64,000 nucleotides of DNA from Epiperipatus broadwayi (taxonomy: Eukaryota > Animalia > Onychophora). Where the stretch lies: positions 1,860,001 to 1,924,000 of the forward strand of contig JAQFVV010000007.1 of NCBI GenBank assembly GCA_028023455.1, given 5' to 3'. Under the pieces are notes generated by a model. That model worked only from the letters and a program-made list of their open reading frames with translations, was not told the origin of the DNA and did not search any database. Of this stretch, positions 1 through 11,719 are shown piece after piece; the first letter of the stretch is position 1; every line of letters starts with the position of its first letter. The position numbers and the translations under genes were made by a program.

Positions 1-78
1 CACTCAATAGATAACTTTTAGATAAGTGCTTGGCTTTGGGTTGGTATTTTTATATCTAGTGTCTGAACCTACACTGAC

Positions 79-121
79 ACCTCTCTAAGTATTGCCAAAG
101 CACGAAACCATTGTCAGGGGT
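79..121 (+). pseudogene. Degenerate hammerhead ribozyme (copy 1 of the repeat)
   Basis: Exactly 432 bp upstream of the intact copy. Core is CTAAGTA (85-91) instead of CTGAGGA, stem II starts TTGC, loop III is CATT; GAAAC and GTC (113-115) are retained. Confidence 0.8.
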
Positions 122-510
122 TTGGGGAGGGGTTCCTGACAGAGATATTTTAAATTCTGGCTCTGGCTAAGCATTTATCATAAAGCTTGTAGAGGAATTA
201 GCAATCCTCACTGTTTATAACTTACAAGCTTAAGAGATAGGGTCATGTGATCTATGAATTGATCTATGACTCTTATTTTGACTATTTATAGTCTCTGCCA
301 AAAGTCATGCAATTTTATATTGCTATGACTACTAATATAGGGTATGGCTGAAGATCTATCAGCCCCATATAGCTATTTGAGTTGGATTCCTGGGTTTGAA
401 GAAATATAGATGTCTGAAAATTTCAGATTTTCCACTCAATAGATAACTTTTAGATAAGTGCTTGGCTTTGGGTTGGTATTTTTAAATCTAGTGTCTGAGC
501 CTACCCTGAC

Positions 511-553
511 ACCTCTCTGAGGAGTGCCAAAGCACGAAACCATGGTCAGGGGT
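511..553 (+). ncRNA. Minimal type I hammerhead ribozyme, predicted cleavage after C547
   Basis: Stem I ACCTCT 511-516 / AGGGGT 548-553 (one G-U); core CTGAGGA 517-523 (CUGANGA); stem II GTGC 524-527 / GCAC 532-535 with CAAA loop; GAAA 536-539; stem III A539-T546 and C540-G545 around CATG; GUC triplet 545-547. Confidence 0.88.
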
Positions 554-3500
554 TTGGGGAGGGGTTCCTGACAGAGATATTTTAAGTGCTGGCTCTGGCT
601 AAGCATTTATCATAAAGCTTGTAGAGGAATTGGCAATCCTCACTGTTTATAACTTACAAGCTTAAGAGATAGGGTCATGTGATCTAAGAAATGATCTATG
701 ACTTTTATTTTGACTATAGATAAGCTATATATTTTGTAAAATTTTGCTTTACAAATGTTAGAACCATTTTATTCATAATAGTAGTGATTTTCAACATTAA
801 AATTAAGAAACTATCTCAATCTTAATTTGCGACTTTTAAAAATAGAAACCCACTATTAACTCTATAAAACCAAAAACTTCAAGCAAATTTATCAACAGAG
901 TTAAGTAGTTATGTCTGGCTAAATGAGAGACGGCATCACGGAGAAGAAATTGTTTGTCATATAACCATAAATGTTAAATTTGAGTTTCAATTAAAATCAA
1001 TACCTAACCATCCATGCTGAATAAAACACTAAAAATATGTTCCAATAAACCAAGGAAACTTCTTAGATTGGAATGAAGACTGTCAATGAAAAAATTAGAA
1101 TCACCATCATGAATATTCGAATGGCATTCAAACATGGTTCAGTGAATTGTAGTCAGATAAAAAGAATTTCCTAAAATAAAATCCCTTGGACATTTGTCAA
1201 AATGAGCTGTTGCTAATTTGAACTTTATCTTGACTACACAGGATTAATATTATCTATATAATTATTATTATTATTATTCTAATTTCTTTCTTTTGATAAT
1301 AGGTGAATTTCATCAAACTGTCACTTAGATTTATATAAAGGTGAAAGTCATAAATATTATTATTTTTCTATTTATTAATAAAAATATAAGCATAGATATC
1401 CCAAGCTTGCTTGATAAGTTTGATCATTTACAGACTAAAAGGTAAGACTTTAATCTTTTATGTAATATTAAATACCTATGCCATGACAATTACAGTATTA
1501 AATATTAAATGTTTGTTATAATTAATTTATTTATTAAATCTTTGTTATTCAGGATACATTATTAAAACACTTGTATGATTGATCTTTCCTATCAAATATT
1601 ATCATACCATTAGGGAAAGGCTCCCAAAATATAGAGTAATCCTCACAAAATCTTAATGTTTGGATAAACTGACTAAACATTTAAAAAAAAGACTAAGTTA
1701 AGGATAGGAAAATTAGTTAGTATAAACATAAAATTATTTGGATGAAAGTTTAATTTTTTTGTGCTGTAAAGTTTGAATTACCAAGTTTGAGTAATGAGTG
1801 ATTTTCCTTCATAAAGATAAAGTGGAATTAAATGAAACAGACAATCACACTTTTCCAATCATCTGCAAATAATTGTATAAATCATATTCTATGTTAAATT
1901 ACAATAATGAACAAAATTTATTAATGTTAATATGACAGCTTATGACATTTTTTTACAAGCTGTGTAAAAAATATGGGCTGTTGTTAGACAAGTAGTGTCA
2001 TATCTGACCTTGCCTTCAAAAGTGGACAAATCTAAATTTCTTCCTTATCTGATCGGATTGAGCATGCCAATTTCTTTATCTATTCCCCACTTCATCATAT
2101 TTCATATATATAATTTGCATATTAAGCATGATATAATCACACTTTGAAATAAAATACATGCATATTCTTCCTGAGTTTAAATACTGTGGCATAACATGAG
2201 CCATTTAGAGGTGAAATGGAAAAAGACACATTAAGTTGAATTTCCTTCTATTTAATTATGAATGCTATTATGATTATCTTGACTGAGTCAAGTAAATTAA
2301 TGATCATAATGAGATGTATCTTTCTTTGAGAAATAGACCGTTCCATTACAATAGATTTTTTGGTTACATTAGTATTAACTAAATTTATTTATTTTATCAA
2401 TATAATAATTTTCAGAGTAATATTGATTTCCATGTCAGGCTAGCATGAGATGAGGAAGTTATGATTTTGACTGGATACCCATGGCTTATTGCAAATTTCT
2501 CCCAGAAGTATTTTGTTTTTACATTTACTTTTGGTGATTACATGTTGGATTGGTGATGTTCTTCAACATTTTTTTGTGAAACAGGTTACATGTTGAATTG
2601 GTGATGCTCAGATTTTAGCTAAAACTGTTTTCTTCAAATTTATTTCCAAAGACATTTTTACTAATTGACAGTGTGAGGCTAATCTCACTTTGGACTATAT
2701 GCTTAACATCTCATTCTTTTTTAAGAGCTGACCAGCACTGCTGCTTGATTCTCAACAACTGGATAGAGAATGACTGTTACTAATTAGATTTGAAGTCTAA
2801 CAGTTTTGACATAACCCCATTTTTGTTGTTTGTCCAATAACACACTATTTCAGTAATGACAGCATTTAACCTGTAAAATTGATTCTCTTTTTACAACGAA
2901 GATCCTTTGATTTTGTAATGAATTACAAATGTCAAGCTTACACTAATTATGAAAAAATTTCTCTGTAGATATATATTTTTTTTAATTACTAAAAATAAAT
3001 AATCCTTTAACTATATTTGAATTTAAAAACATTACACTTTTTAGAGAAAGAGATAGAGTGAAAAAAATAAATTTATCTTAATAAATTAAAAATAGCATTT
3101 TTTCCAAAAAAATGTCAACTTTTTTTTTTTTAAAAATTGACAAAAAATTATTTCAAGTTTTTACCTACTTATCTCTATTAATTTTTATTTTACTTTTTCT
3201 TTACACTTTTTCTCTTATTAACAACTACCCTTCATTACCATTGGTTGTTCATAATCTTATTATTTTAAAATATGTGGAATTTGTTACATTATACTCTTTA
3301 ATAATAAGTTTAACAATTGCTACTCTAAAAAAAAGATGAGAGAAAATATTTTTTCTCATGTTCTCATTCTAAACATGGTTTAGAAAGCTTAGACATATTG
3401 TAATATGGTAGACAGTGACCGATTTTTGCCAAGTTAAATGTTACAATCTTCCTAAAACAAATTTAAATGGATATATATATATATATATATTAGTAGCTTT

Positions 3501-5246
3501 GCATAGATAACTACAAGATATAAAAAATAATTTAAGCTTGGTAAAAAGAAAGTTAATTAAGACTCCACAATAGTGGTAATATATGTTAATACAAGATCTC
3601 TTTAATATTGTACGTATTTTTATTTTTAAAAAATTACATGTTAAAAATCATAATGTATAATTGTAATAAATAAACAAACTAAAATATTGTTCATGCTAAA
3701 AAAACAATGTTGTCAGTGTTTAAAAAGTGACAAAAAATTATCAAATTTAAAAAATAATGAGTAATTTCACTTTGTTTCAAAACAAATTCAGATATATAAA
3801 AAAAACAATATTTTTTTTTCTGTTTTCTTTTTGTGTGTTTTTGAAATTTTATTTTTATTGATCAATAACAAGTAGGTAAAGATCGAGTGAATAAGATAAA
3901 TTTTGAAGGTGGATGGCTGGAAGGTGGTAAACAACATATTTTTTAATAATTTTTTTTATTTTTATAAATGCTGACATTTATAAAGAGCTGTAATAAAGGA
4001 TTTAAACAGAATATATTTTACTGCAGGAAAGAAAGGATGTAAAATCAGCAGCTATACTTTAAGAGGAAAGTCATTATTAAACAGAGTATGTCTTCATTGC
4101 AGCCTTCCACATTAAAATTTGTACAGTAAAATATAGTTTTATTGTTATAAAAAATTACATAATGGCCAAATATGCTTGTTAGCATACATGGCTAGATTTT
4201 TTTAGTAGTGATTGATCTCCAGCTAAGCATATTGCTTCATAAGTGAGAAAGTTGAAAGATCCACCCTTACATGAATAAAAGACATCCATTGTTGTTAAAA
4301 AGAAATGTGCTTATTTTGTTCATAAATTTAAACTGTTATTGCAAATTTTCTCACAAATTATACCTGTTGATAAATTATGAAAGAAATCATATTGATGCAG
4401 GACCAGCCAAAATAAGAAAAATCAAAAAGTATGAAATAGACTTAATTATTTATTTTCCAGTCAAAAATAAAAAATAAGGATTATTGACTGAATTATTTAT
4501 TTTCTAGCCAACAAGGAAAATAAGAGTGGACAGACTTAATTATTTATCAATAGCATGAACGATAACTAATATTATTTTGTATATCTGTTTACATGTAACA
4601 AAATTTTATTAATAGCATATGTTCATGAGCTAACATTTATTTATATACTATATTTAACATTAATCTAGTTTACTCTGAAAAGTATGATATGTTTATGTGT
4701 TCAGAGTAATATACAATTATAGTTGATTATATAATTTTTGTGTATTTTTGAAACATCAATGGAAGATGAAAGAAATATTTTAGTTTATGGTAATAGATAA
4801 AAATTGTAAAATATGTTGTTAAAAAACATTAAATTGTAGAAATGATCTTAAATAACTTATTGATAGTGGTGCAGAGTCCATTATTTGATAGAGTATGTTG
4901 ATGCATTACACTACTGTTACTGCATGGAGTAAAATATTGATGAATTTTACAATTTTGGCCTATGTGTAATTTTTATTTATGCATTTCATCATTCAACTAA
5001 ATAGCAAAACTAAATCATGATTAAGTTTTTTTGTAACTCAGTTTTTTTGTAACTAAAGCTACCCCTTGGTGCTAATGGGATTACCATTTAAGGAATGAAG
5101 ATCAGTATGATAGATATTAAGTAATAAGAGTCAAACAAATGAAAATATACAGTGAGCTCAGGTCTTTTAGACCATAATCTCTTATATATTATGAAGTTGC
5201 TCTGAATATAATTATGATAAATATAATAGAAAATATTACTGTTGCA

Positions 5247-6544
5247 ATTCATCTACAGAGAACATTGGATTTCCACCAACCAAGAGAACAAGTTGGATTT
5301 AAAAGTGGTTTTAATATAATAGATCATATCTAGGTATTGAGAGAAGTTATAGAATAAACAAATGAATATGAGTTGTCATTATGCTTTGGATTTGTAGATT
5401 ATGAAAGGGCATTTGATTAAAGCATTGGATCATCAGGGTATAGATCCAGGATATTGTCATATTTTAAAGAATATTTATAAAAATTCAACAGCAACAATTA
5501 GATTACATAATATTACTGGGAAAGTCAACATTGAGAAGGATGTAAGACAGGGTGACTCCATATCTCCAAAACTTTTACCGCAGTGCTGCAAGAAGTATTT
5601 TGTGGATTAAAATAGGAAGCTAAAGGAATGAAAGTAAATGGAGATTATTTAAGTCATTTAGATTTTGCAGATGATGTAGTTGCTTTTGCAAATAATACTT
5701 TAGAGCTTCAGGAAATGTTGCAGGAGTTATCAGGAGAAAGTAGGAAAGTAGAACTAAAGATAAATGTTAAAAAGTCTAAAGTAATGTTTTATGAATTTTC
5801 TCAAAATATGAAAATAAAAGATTGATTATGATGGCATCAAGCCTTGGTGGCTGAGTGGTCATCACAGCTGCCTTACAAGTAGTTGTCCCAGGTTTGCTTC
5901 CCAACTGATGCTTTGACACATAAAAAAAGATTGAATATAATGAGTTAGAAGAAGTTAACAGTTACAAATATCTTGGTCAGATTATTAATACAGATGGAAA
6001 CATAATGGATAAAATTAATCATAGAATTAAACTTGGTTGGAGTGCTTTTGGCAGAAATAACTTGATACTAAAAGGAAATATGCCTATGTGTTTGAAAAGG
6101 AAGGTTTTTAATAAATGTGTTTTACCAGTTTTTACTTATGAATCTGAGACTTGGAGACTTAATAGAAGAGAAATACAGAGACTTGAGACCACTCAAAGAA
6201 GTGAGATGCATGTTGAAAGTAACAAGAAGAGATTGCAAACAATATATGGGTAAGAGAACAAACAGGTGTTACTAACCTCATTGAAAAAATGAAAAGACTG
6301 AAGTGGAGTTGGGTTGACATATTGCTAGAAGAGATGATAATAGATAGCCAATTAAAATCTTAAATTGGATTCCAAGATATTGTAAAAGATCCAAAAAAAG
6401 ACAACATGTGAGATGGATAGATGAAATAAGAAAGTGAGCAGAGGTATTGTGGAGAAGAGAAGCTAAAGATGAGAGATGGATTGAACTTGGAAAGACCTTC
6501 ATCCTGCAGTGGATTGATAATGGTTGATAATGATAATGATGATG
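5247..6544 (+). mobile_element. 5'-truncated, decayed RTE-clade LINE (RT C-terminal half)
   Basis: QPREQVGF..DHI, VRQGDSISPKL, HLDFADDVV, RIKLGWSAFG..KRKVFNKCVLPVFTYESETW fragments; (TGA)n-like tail at about 6515-6544; 12-bp TSD ATTACTGTTGCA at 5235-5246 and 6545-6556. Confidence 0.92.
5826..5924 (+). mobile_element. tRNA-Val(TAC)-like retroposed insertion (short SINE or tRNA retropseudogene) inside the RTE
   Basis: 10-bp TSD AAAAGATTGA at 5816-5825 and 5925-5934; A box TGGCTGAGTGG 5848-5858; anticodon arm GCTGC-CTTACAA-GTAGT 5867-5883; degenerate B box GGTTTGCTTCC 5891-5901. RTE coding resumes after it (KIEYNELEEVNSYKYLGQ). Confidence 0.75.
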
Positions 6545-7805
6545 ATTACTGTTGCATGCTTAACATTAACAGCAATAACTTTAAAAACGGGTAATGCTCT
6601 TCAGTATTGTTATCACCAATCTTAAATTAGGTTTTAAAAATATATATATATATATATATATTATAATGGGACAGTCAGATTACATTGAGGTGCATATTTG
6701 ATCATGCCCAACAACTGGGTGTGGCAGATATAATGGGATGAAATAGGTATATTTGGTTCATGCCAACAACTCATTGTTTTGAAGCCGCAACTATTTAACT
6801 ATGGTCGACCATTTGGTCTTCATGTAAGGGCATTACACATGATACAGCAAGTCAGTTATTTTATGATTTATCTAGGTTTTAGAAAGTGGTCACATGATGG
6901 TTAATGATTGAGTGGGATGGGGTTCACACTTGCACAACTTCTCTTACTTCAGCTCTTTTGATTCTTGCTATGCCATAGTGTTCAAATGCAGAGAGAATGT
7001 ATATGTGCTCTATTTCAAGGTATGATTATTCTATAACTGATATGCACATTGGATATGGATATGTGTGATTGATTGGAAAATAGAAAAATCAAACAACAAA
7101 TAACTAATTTGATATAATATTTAACAAATTTTGATGAAGATGATCGCTATTCATAATTCTTTATAACAAAGTGGTGTATGTATTTAATATTTAATGATTG
7201 TATGGACATGATCATTCTTTGTTTGTATACATTAACAATTTATTAACCCATAATCTCTACAAAGGATGGTCATTCCCCATTCCAATTTAACAAATTTATA
7301 TTGAAAACAATTTGAAACTATTTTAACAATCAACTTTTTGATGACTAAAATTCCATGAAATTATTTGGTCATTAATTTCTATGCTGCCTGTTTATAATTT
7401 GAGATCTGTTGAGAATTGCTTATAGATCCTGATCCCCCACCTATTCTGGGGTTACATATATCTGTGATAGGATAGAACAACCATTCAAGGGTCATATATT
7501 CTGAATAACAAATCTAATAATTAAGTTAATTAAACACAACATTGAACACAAAAAATATTGTAACTGTCAAAGTGTGAGTGCTTAATATTGAATAAGATAA
7601 AAGTCTCACCTTTCAAGTCAGTAGACTGATATAGCAATTGGCAAACAAGTCAGGAGTCTGCCCCTAAATTTTATTATTAAATGAAAAGTAAAAAAATAGA
7701 ATTGATAGCTCCCCTAGAATAATTGGCAGTTGGATGGATTGACTCTCTGGTTCAAAAACAAGAAACCAATTTAACAAATAAAAAAAGAATAAAATATATA
7801 TATAA

Positions 7806-10344
7806 TGAAACAGTCAGTTTCATTCACCTGTCTGTTTTATGTATTTTAGCCCCACACCTATCTCTATGCCAGGTTTAAACCTGTTCAGAGTACCCATTTA
7901 AACAACCATAACTTACTATATATGCGAGATCACACATATATATATGTGAATGGTAAGTCTGTAATTTAATAATATATTTATATATTACAGATATGTGTAA
8001 ATTTTTAAAGATTTCTAGTTTAAGAAATATTTTAGTCTAAATTATTTAGTCAATTTTATAGTTATATTACTGAAATCACATATGAATGTAACTAATTTTT
8101 CAGAATTGTAACTAATTTCTCAGACTTGTTATTCTACATATATAGTAATAAAATTAGTTTTATACTAAGTATCAAAGAAGCTTTTAAGTTTACTTGTAAA
8201 CAACTTTAAAATTATGTCATACAATAGTCTTAAAATAGCATGAACTTGATTTTATAAATCTAAAATTTTAATAACAATTCACAGAATTTTATAGAGTTGT
8301 CACTTTAAACTGCAGGGGGAAAAGGTAGAAAAACAAAATCTAAATTAGTTGTCATAATTAAATGTTTTTCTAAAATAAAGGTGGTCAGAGTTAAGAAAAT
8401 ATAAATACTTAAAGTTTTGTGGCCAGAAAAAAAGAGTTATTTTTTTAATAAGTGAATTGTAAACTGAACCTACATTCATTTTTTCTTTGAAATGGTGGGG
8501 TAGGTCGGCAATCACTTACCTCTCTCTCCTTGCCAGGGATGGAAAGAACTTTGGTCTGATAATACACAATGAGCCATATATCATCCAAAGCAGCACATGG
8601 AAGAACCTCTATTAATGTTAAATCATCATGAAAAGTCAACTTATTATCGTCACAAGTACCCAGAACTGCAATGAAGACAACTGACTGGTAAATTTTCACT
8701 CAGAGCTCTGTTCATAAACTTTGACTTTCAATTCTCTATTTTAAAGCTAGCTATTTACTAAATCTGCCTTTACTAACACATTTTCTAAAATCTGCAAAGA
8801 AAGCTGTTAAGCACTGATGTTTGAATCTTGTCTGATTGTAAAACTTGTAATATTAAATTCTCTTTTAAAATGTAAAACTATGATAATCTATTTTAAACTA
8901 AATGTATAATTTTCTGCGGTCTTTTATGCCTATTTCTGATCTATTCAATTCTATAATTTTTATCATTTTAATACTATATGTGTTTAATATGCAGAATAAA
9001 TTGAAACTGTGAGTATTTATAAGTATAATTTTAGTTTATCACTGTGCAAAGATAATTTCAAATCTTCCTTATAATAAATGTTATATAATTGAATTATTAA
9101 TTTTTCACCCACTGTTTCAAGATCATGTTATTATTTTACTGATTAATTTTGGGTATTATTATTATAAAAATCGGTATTGCTCTAATTAAAATTTTAGTTT
9201 GCTTAACTCTAGTTATAAATTATAACTATTTATATATGTAACTTGTATATCATAGAAACTAGCCACAGAAATATTCTCAAAGCATATTTTAATGTTTTAT
9301 TTGTAATTGCCCCGCAAATATGCTTTGTCCTTTTTAGATTTATAGATGTTGAGACACAGGTGATAATCTTAAACTAGGTTAATAATTAATTTAGTCCCTA
9401 AATAGTATGTTTGAAATACTAAATTTGAGAACTGGGTTGTATAGATATGCAAATTGACACTATCTATTTTTAGTGCATGCTAAGATAAATTTATGTATTT
9501 GCACTATATATATGTATAATTTGTGAATGTATCCTTACAAAGTATGCAATGTACAATTATCTGCTTGCTGCATGATTCTTGATGAGTTGCTGGTGGAGGT
9601 CACACTTATCCACTTAGTTTGGGTAAAGCACACTCTTTTAGAACTGGGGTGCAAAGATCCAGATTATTCATAATTAATGCTTATCTGATTCCCTGAACTA
9701 TTGTGGTTTCTATTCATAGCAAGTTGATCAGTTGTAGGGCAACCAAGCCTTTGAGGCTGAAGCCTGTGAATAAAGACCCATTCACACCTTCTAGCTTTAT
9801 TAATATTTTAATATGTGCCATAGAGTATATATGTAAACCTATAATAAACCAGTTTTCTCTCCCTTTATATTAAATGCTTATCTAGTATCAGTGTATATCC
9901 TAATCTAGGTTAACACACTAACCTGTGTACCTCTGAGCCTGATTATGTGCTTGACTTAACTTGGTATAGATAGACATCATAGGAGTGCTATTAAGTTAGT
10001 TATATAACTTTGGCTATTAAGTTCCATATGATTTAGCACATTACAAAAGAGCTAGAAAATTGGCATATAAATATAGACAAAAACTTAAATACTGCACCAC
10101 AGTTTACTGAACACTTATAATGAGATAACATGTAACATTAATCTCATTAGTTATGCAACACCTGTGAGTGTAATCTTTCACATTCTCATTACATAATTTC
10201 TTTATATTTTAGTTTTACTATGTTTTATTTTATTTATTAAATTAATATTATTTAAAATATAACTTGTTTTCATATTTTTATTGTCCATGAGTTCAATTTT
10301 ATCCAACTCTAGATTTATATGCACATACATCATTATATCTATAT
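7806..10344 (+). repeat. E 5' LTR, left part
   Basis: Starts TGAAACAGTCAG; 7806-8975 aligns with 57431-58645; ends at ATAT 10341-10344, where D is inserted. Confidence 0.75.
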
Positions 10345-10582
10345 TGCACCAGTCAAAACATGTTTATCCATCTAACACAAGCTGGAACTCACAAACTATA
10401 CTTCAAACACAGTCAAGCTCGAGATTTAAGTCAGGGACCAGCTTGAATTTGAACCCATTCTCCAAGCCCAGATCAAACACCTAATGGATAATATAACAAT
10501 GATGGCACATGGGAATTAATTTTTAAGTCCGGCCATTAGCAGAGCAAAGAAAACAATGAGACTCATGAACTTAAACATATAT
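10345..10582 (-). repeat. D 3' LTR, U5 end fragment
   Basis: Aligns with 45882-46120 and 58646-58850; ends at ATAT 10579-10582, where A is inserted. Confidence 0.85.
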
Positions 10583-11627
10583 TGAAGCAGTCAATGTCTG
10601 ATCATCATCGAGCTTCATGCCTCACCATGTACACTAACCTCCTGTGGGGCCTGCAATTCAGACCTCACTGTATATAGATGCCATTCATCCACACACTGTA
10701 GGCATAATTATCCCAGAAATTAATAAAATTATTTAGCAAAGTAAAACAGTAGTGTGTGTGATGCATATGTATATATATATATATATATATGGAAGAAGCA
10801 ATAATTCTATTAATATTTATTGCTGAAAATTAAATGTTCTTATATAATTATAAATATCTTTTTATGTGTGTATTTAATTAAAGTATGGAATGTAAAAACA
10901 AGGTAAAATGGGGAAGGCTTGAAATACTGAAATTATCTTTATCTATAGTCAGACTGTTTTCATTAATTAAAATTATAAATCTTAATTAAAATTCTTTTGT
11001 TAGTTGTTTTCAAATCTTTAAAAATATATCAAATGGTATTTCAAGCCTTATCTGTTTTAAAAATATTTTACTAATTAAATGTTTTTTATTTAATCAAGAG
11101 ATTACAGAGATAGCTGTGGGCAACTGAGATTGCATTCTTGGCAGGGTTTAAGGGTGTATAAAAAGGGCCATAGAACAAAAGAAGTCAGTTTAGTTGAGTT
11201 GAGTGGAGTTTTTAATTACTTTCAGTTACTTTTCAAAGTGTTTCAAGTCCTTAAAATTTTAAGAAGTCAACAGAAGTTCAGTGTATGAACTGTGAGTAGA
11301 AAAGAAGCACTTTTCTCTGGGCCTCTTGGAAGACTCTCTACCTGATGCCATCAAGTTCCATCCATCTGATCGGCTGTACAACATGACCATTTCATTGCTG
11401 ACTGCTTCCACTGCATCTGCTTGCTTGCTGAGGTAACCTCATGTAATATAGAGCTGCCTTAATATGTAAATTCCTTTTGTAGTTTCTAATAAGATGTAGT
11501 TAAATCTTTGTATTTTAATTTAGATATTAATTTATAAGTGTCTGCTAATTTTGCTTTTAAACTCTCTCTCTCTCTCTGTAATCCCTTACTAATGTAATGT
11601 ATTTTTGACTTACCTTTAATGCTTGAA

Positions 11628-11719
<92 letters not shown>

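Larger units (their letters stand above)
1..717 (+). repeat. Tandem repeat, 432-bp unit (one full unit plus 285 bp; array probably continues upstream of the window); retrozyme-like
   Basis: 1-285 recurs at 433-717 (CACTCAATAGATAAC... at 1 and 433; ...TTTTGACTAT ends at 285 and 717) with scattered substitutions. Confidence 0.95.

Noticed and set aside
348-354. Second CUGANGA (CTGAAGA) in the 432-bp unit
   Set aside because: It lies in the GGCTGA/TCAGCC hairpin, with no stem II followed by GAAA at a suitable distance.
718-1260. Possible Penelope or other RT ORF downstream of the hammerhead array
   Set aside because: No open frame or recognisable RT or GIY-YIG motif by eye; sequence upstream of the window is unseen, so a PLE link is not excluded.
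3112-3339. 75-aa hydrophobic ORF resembling a membrane or mitochondrial peptide
   Set aside because: T-rich low complexity; no recognisable family or neighbouring mitochondrial genes. The 4271 ORF is rejected likewise.
4027-4085. Possible host exon (TTTTACTGCAG acceptor, GTATGT donor)
   Set aside because: 59 bp, one open frame, no partner exon or homology recognisable; such signals are common by chance.
11607-11615. Antisense AGGTAAGT splice donors in the A, A' and E LTRs
   Set aside because: Short motif, copies not independent, and not consistently found in the minus-oriented LTRs.
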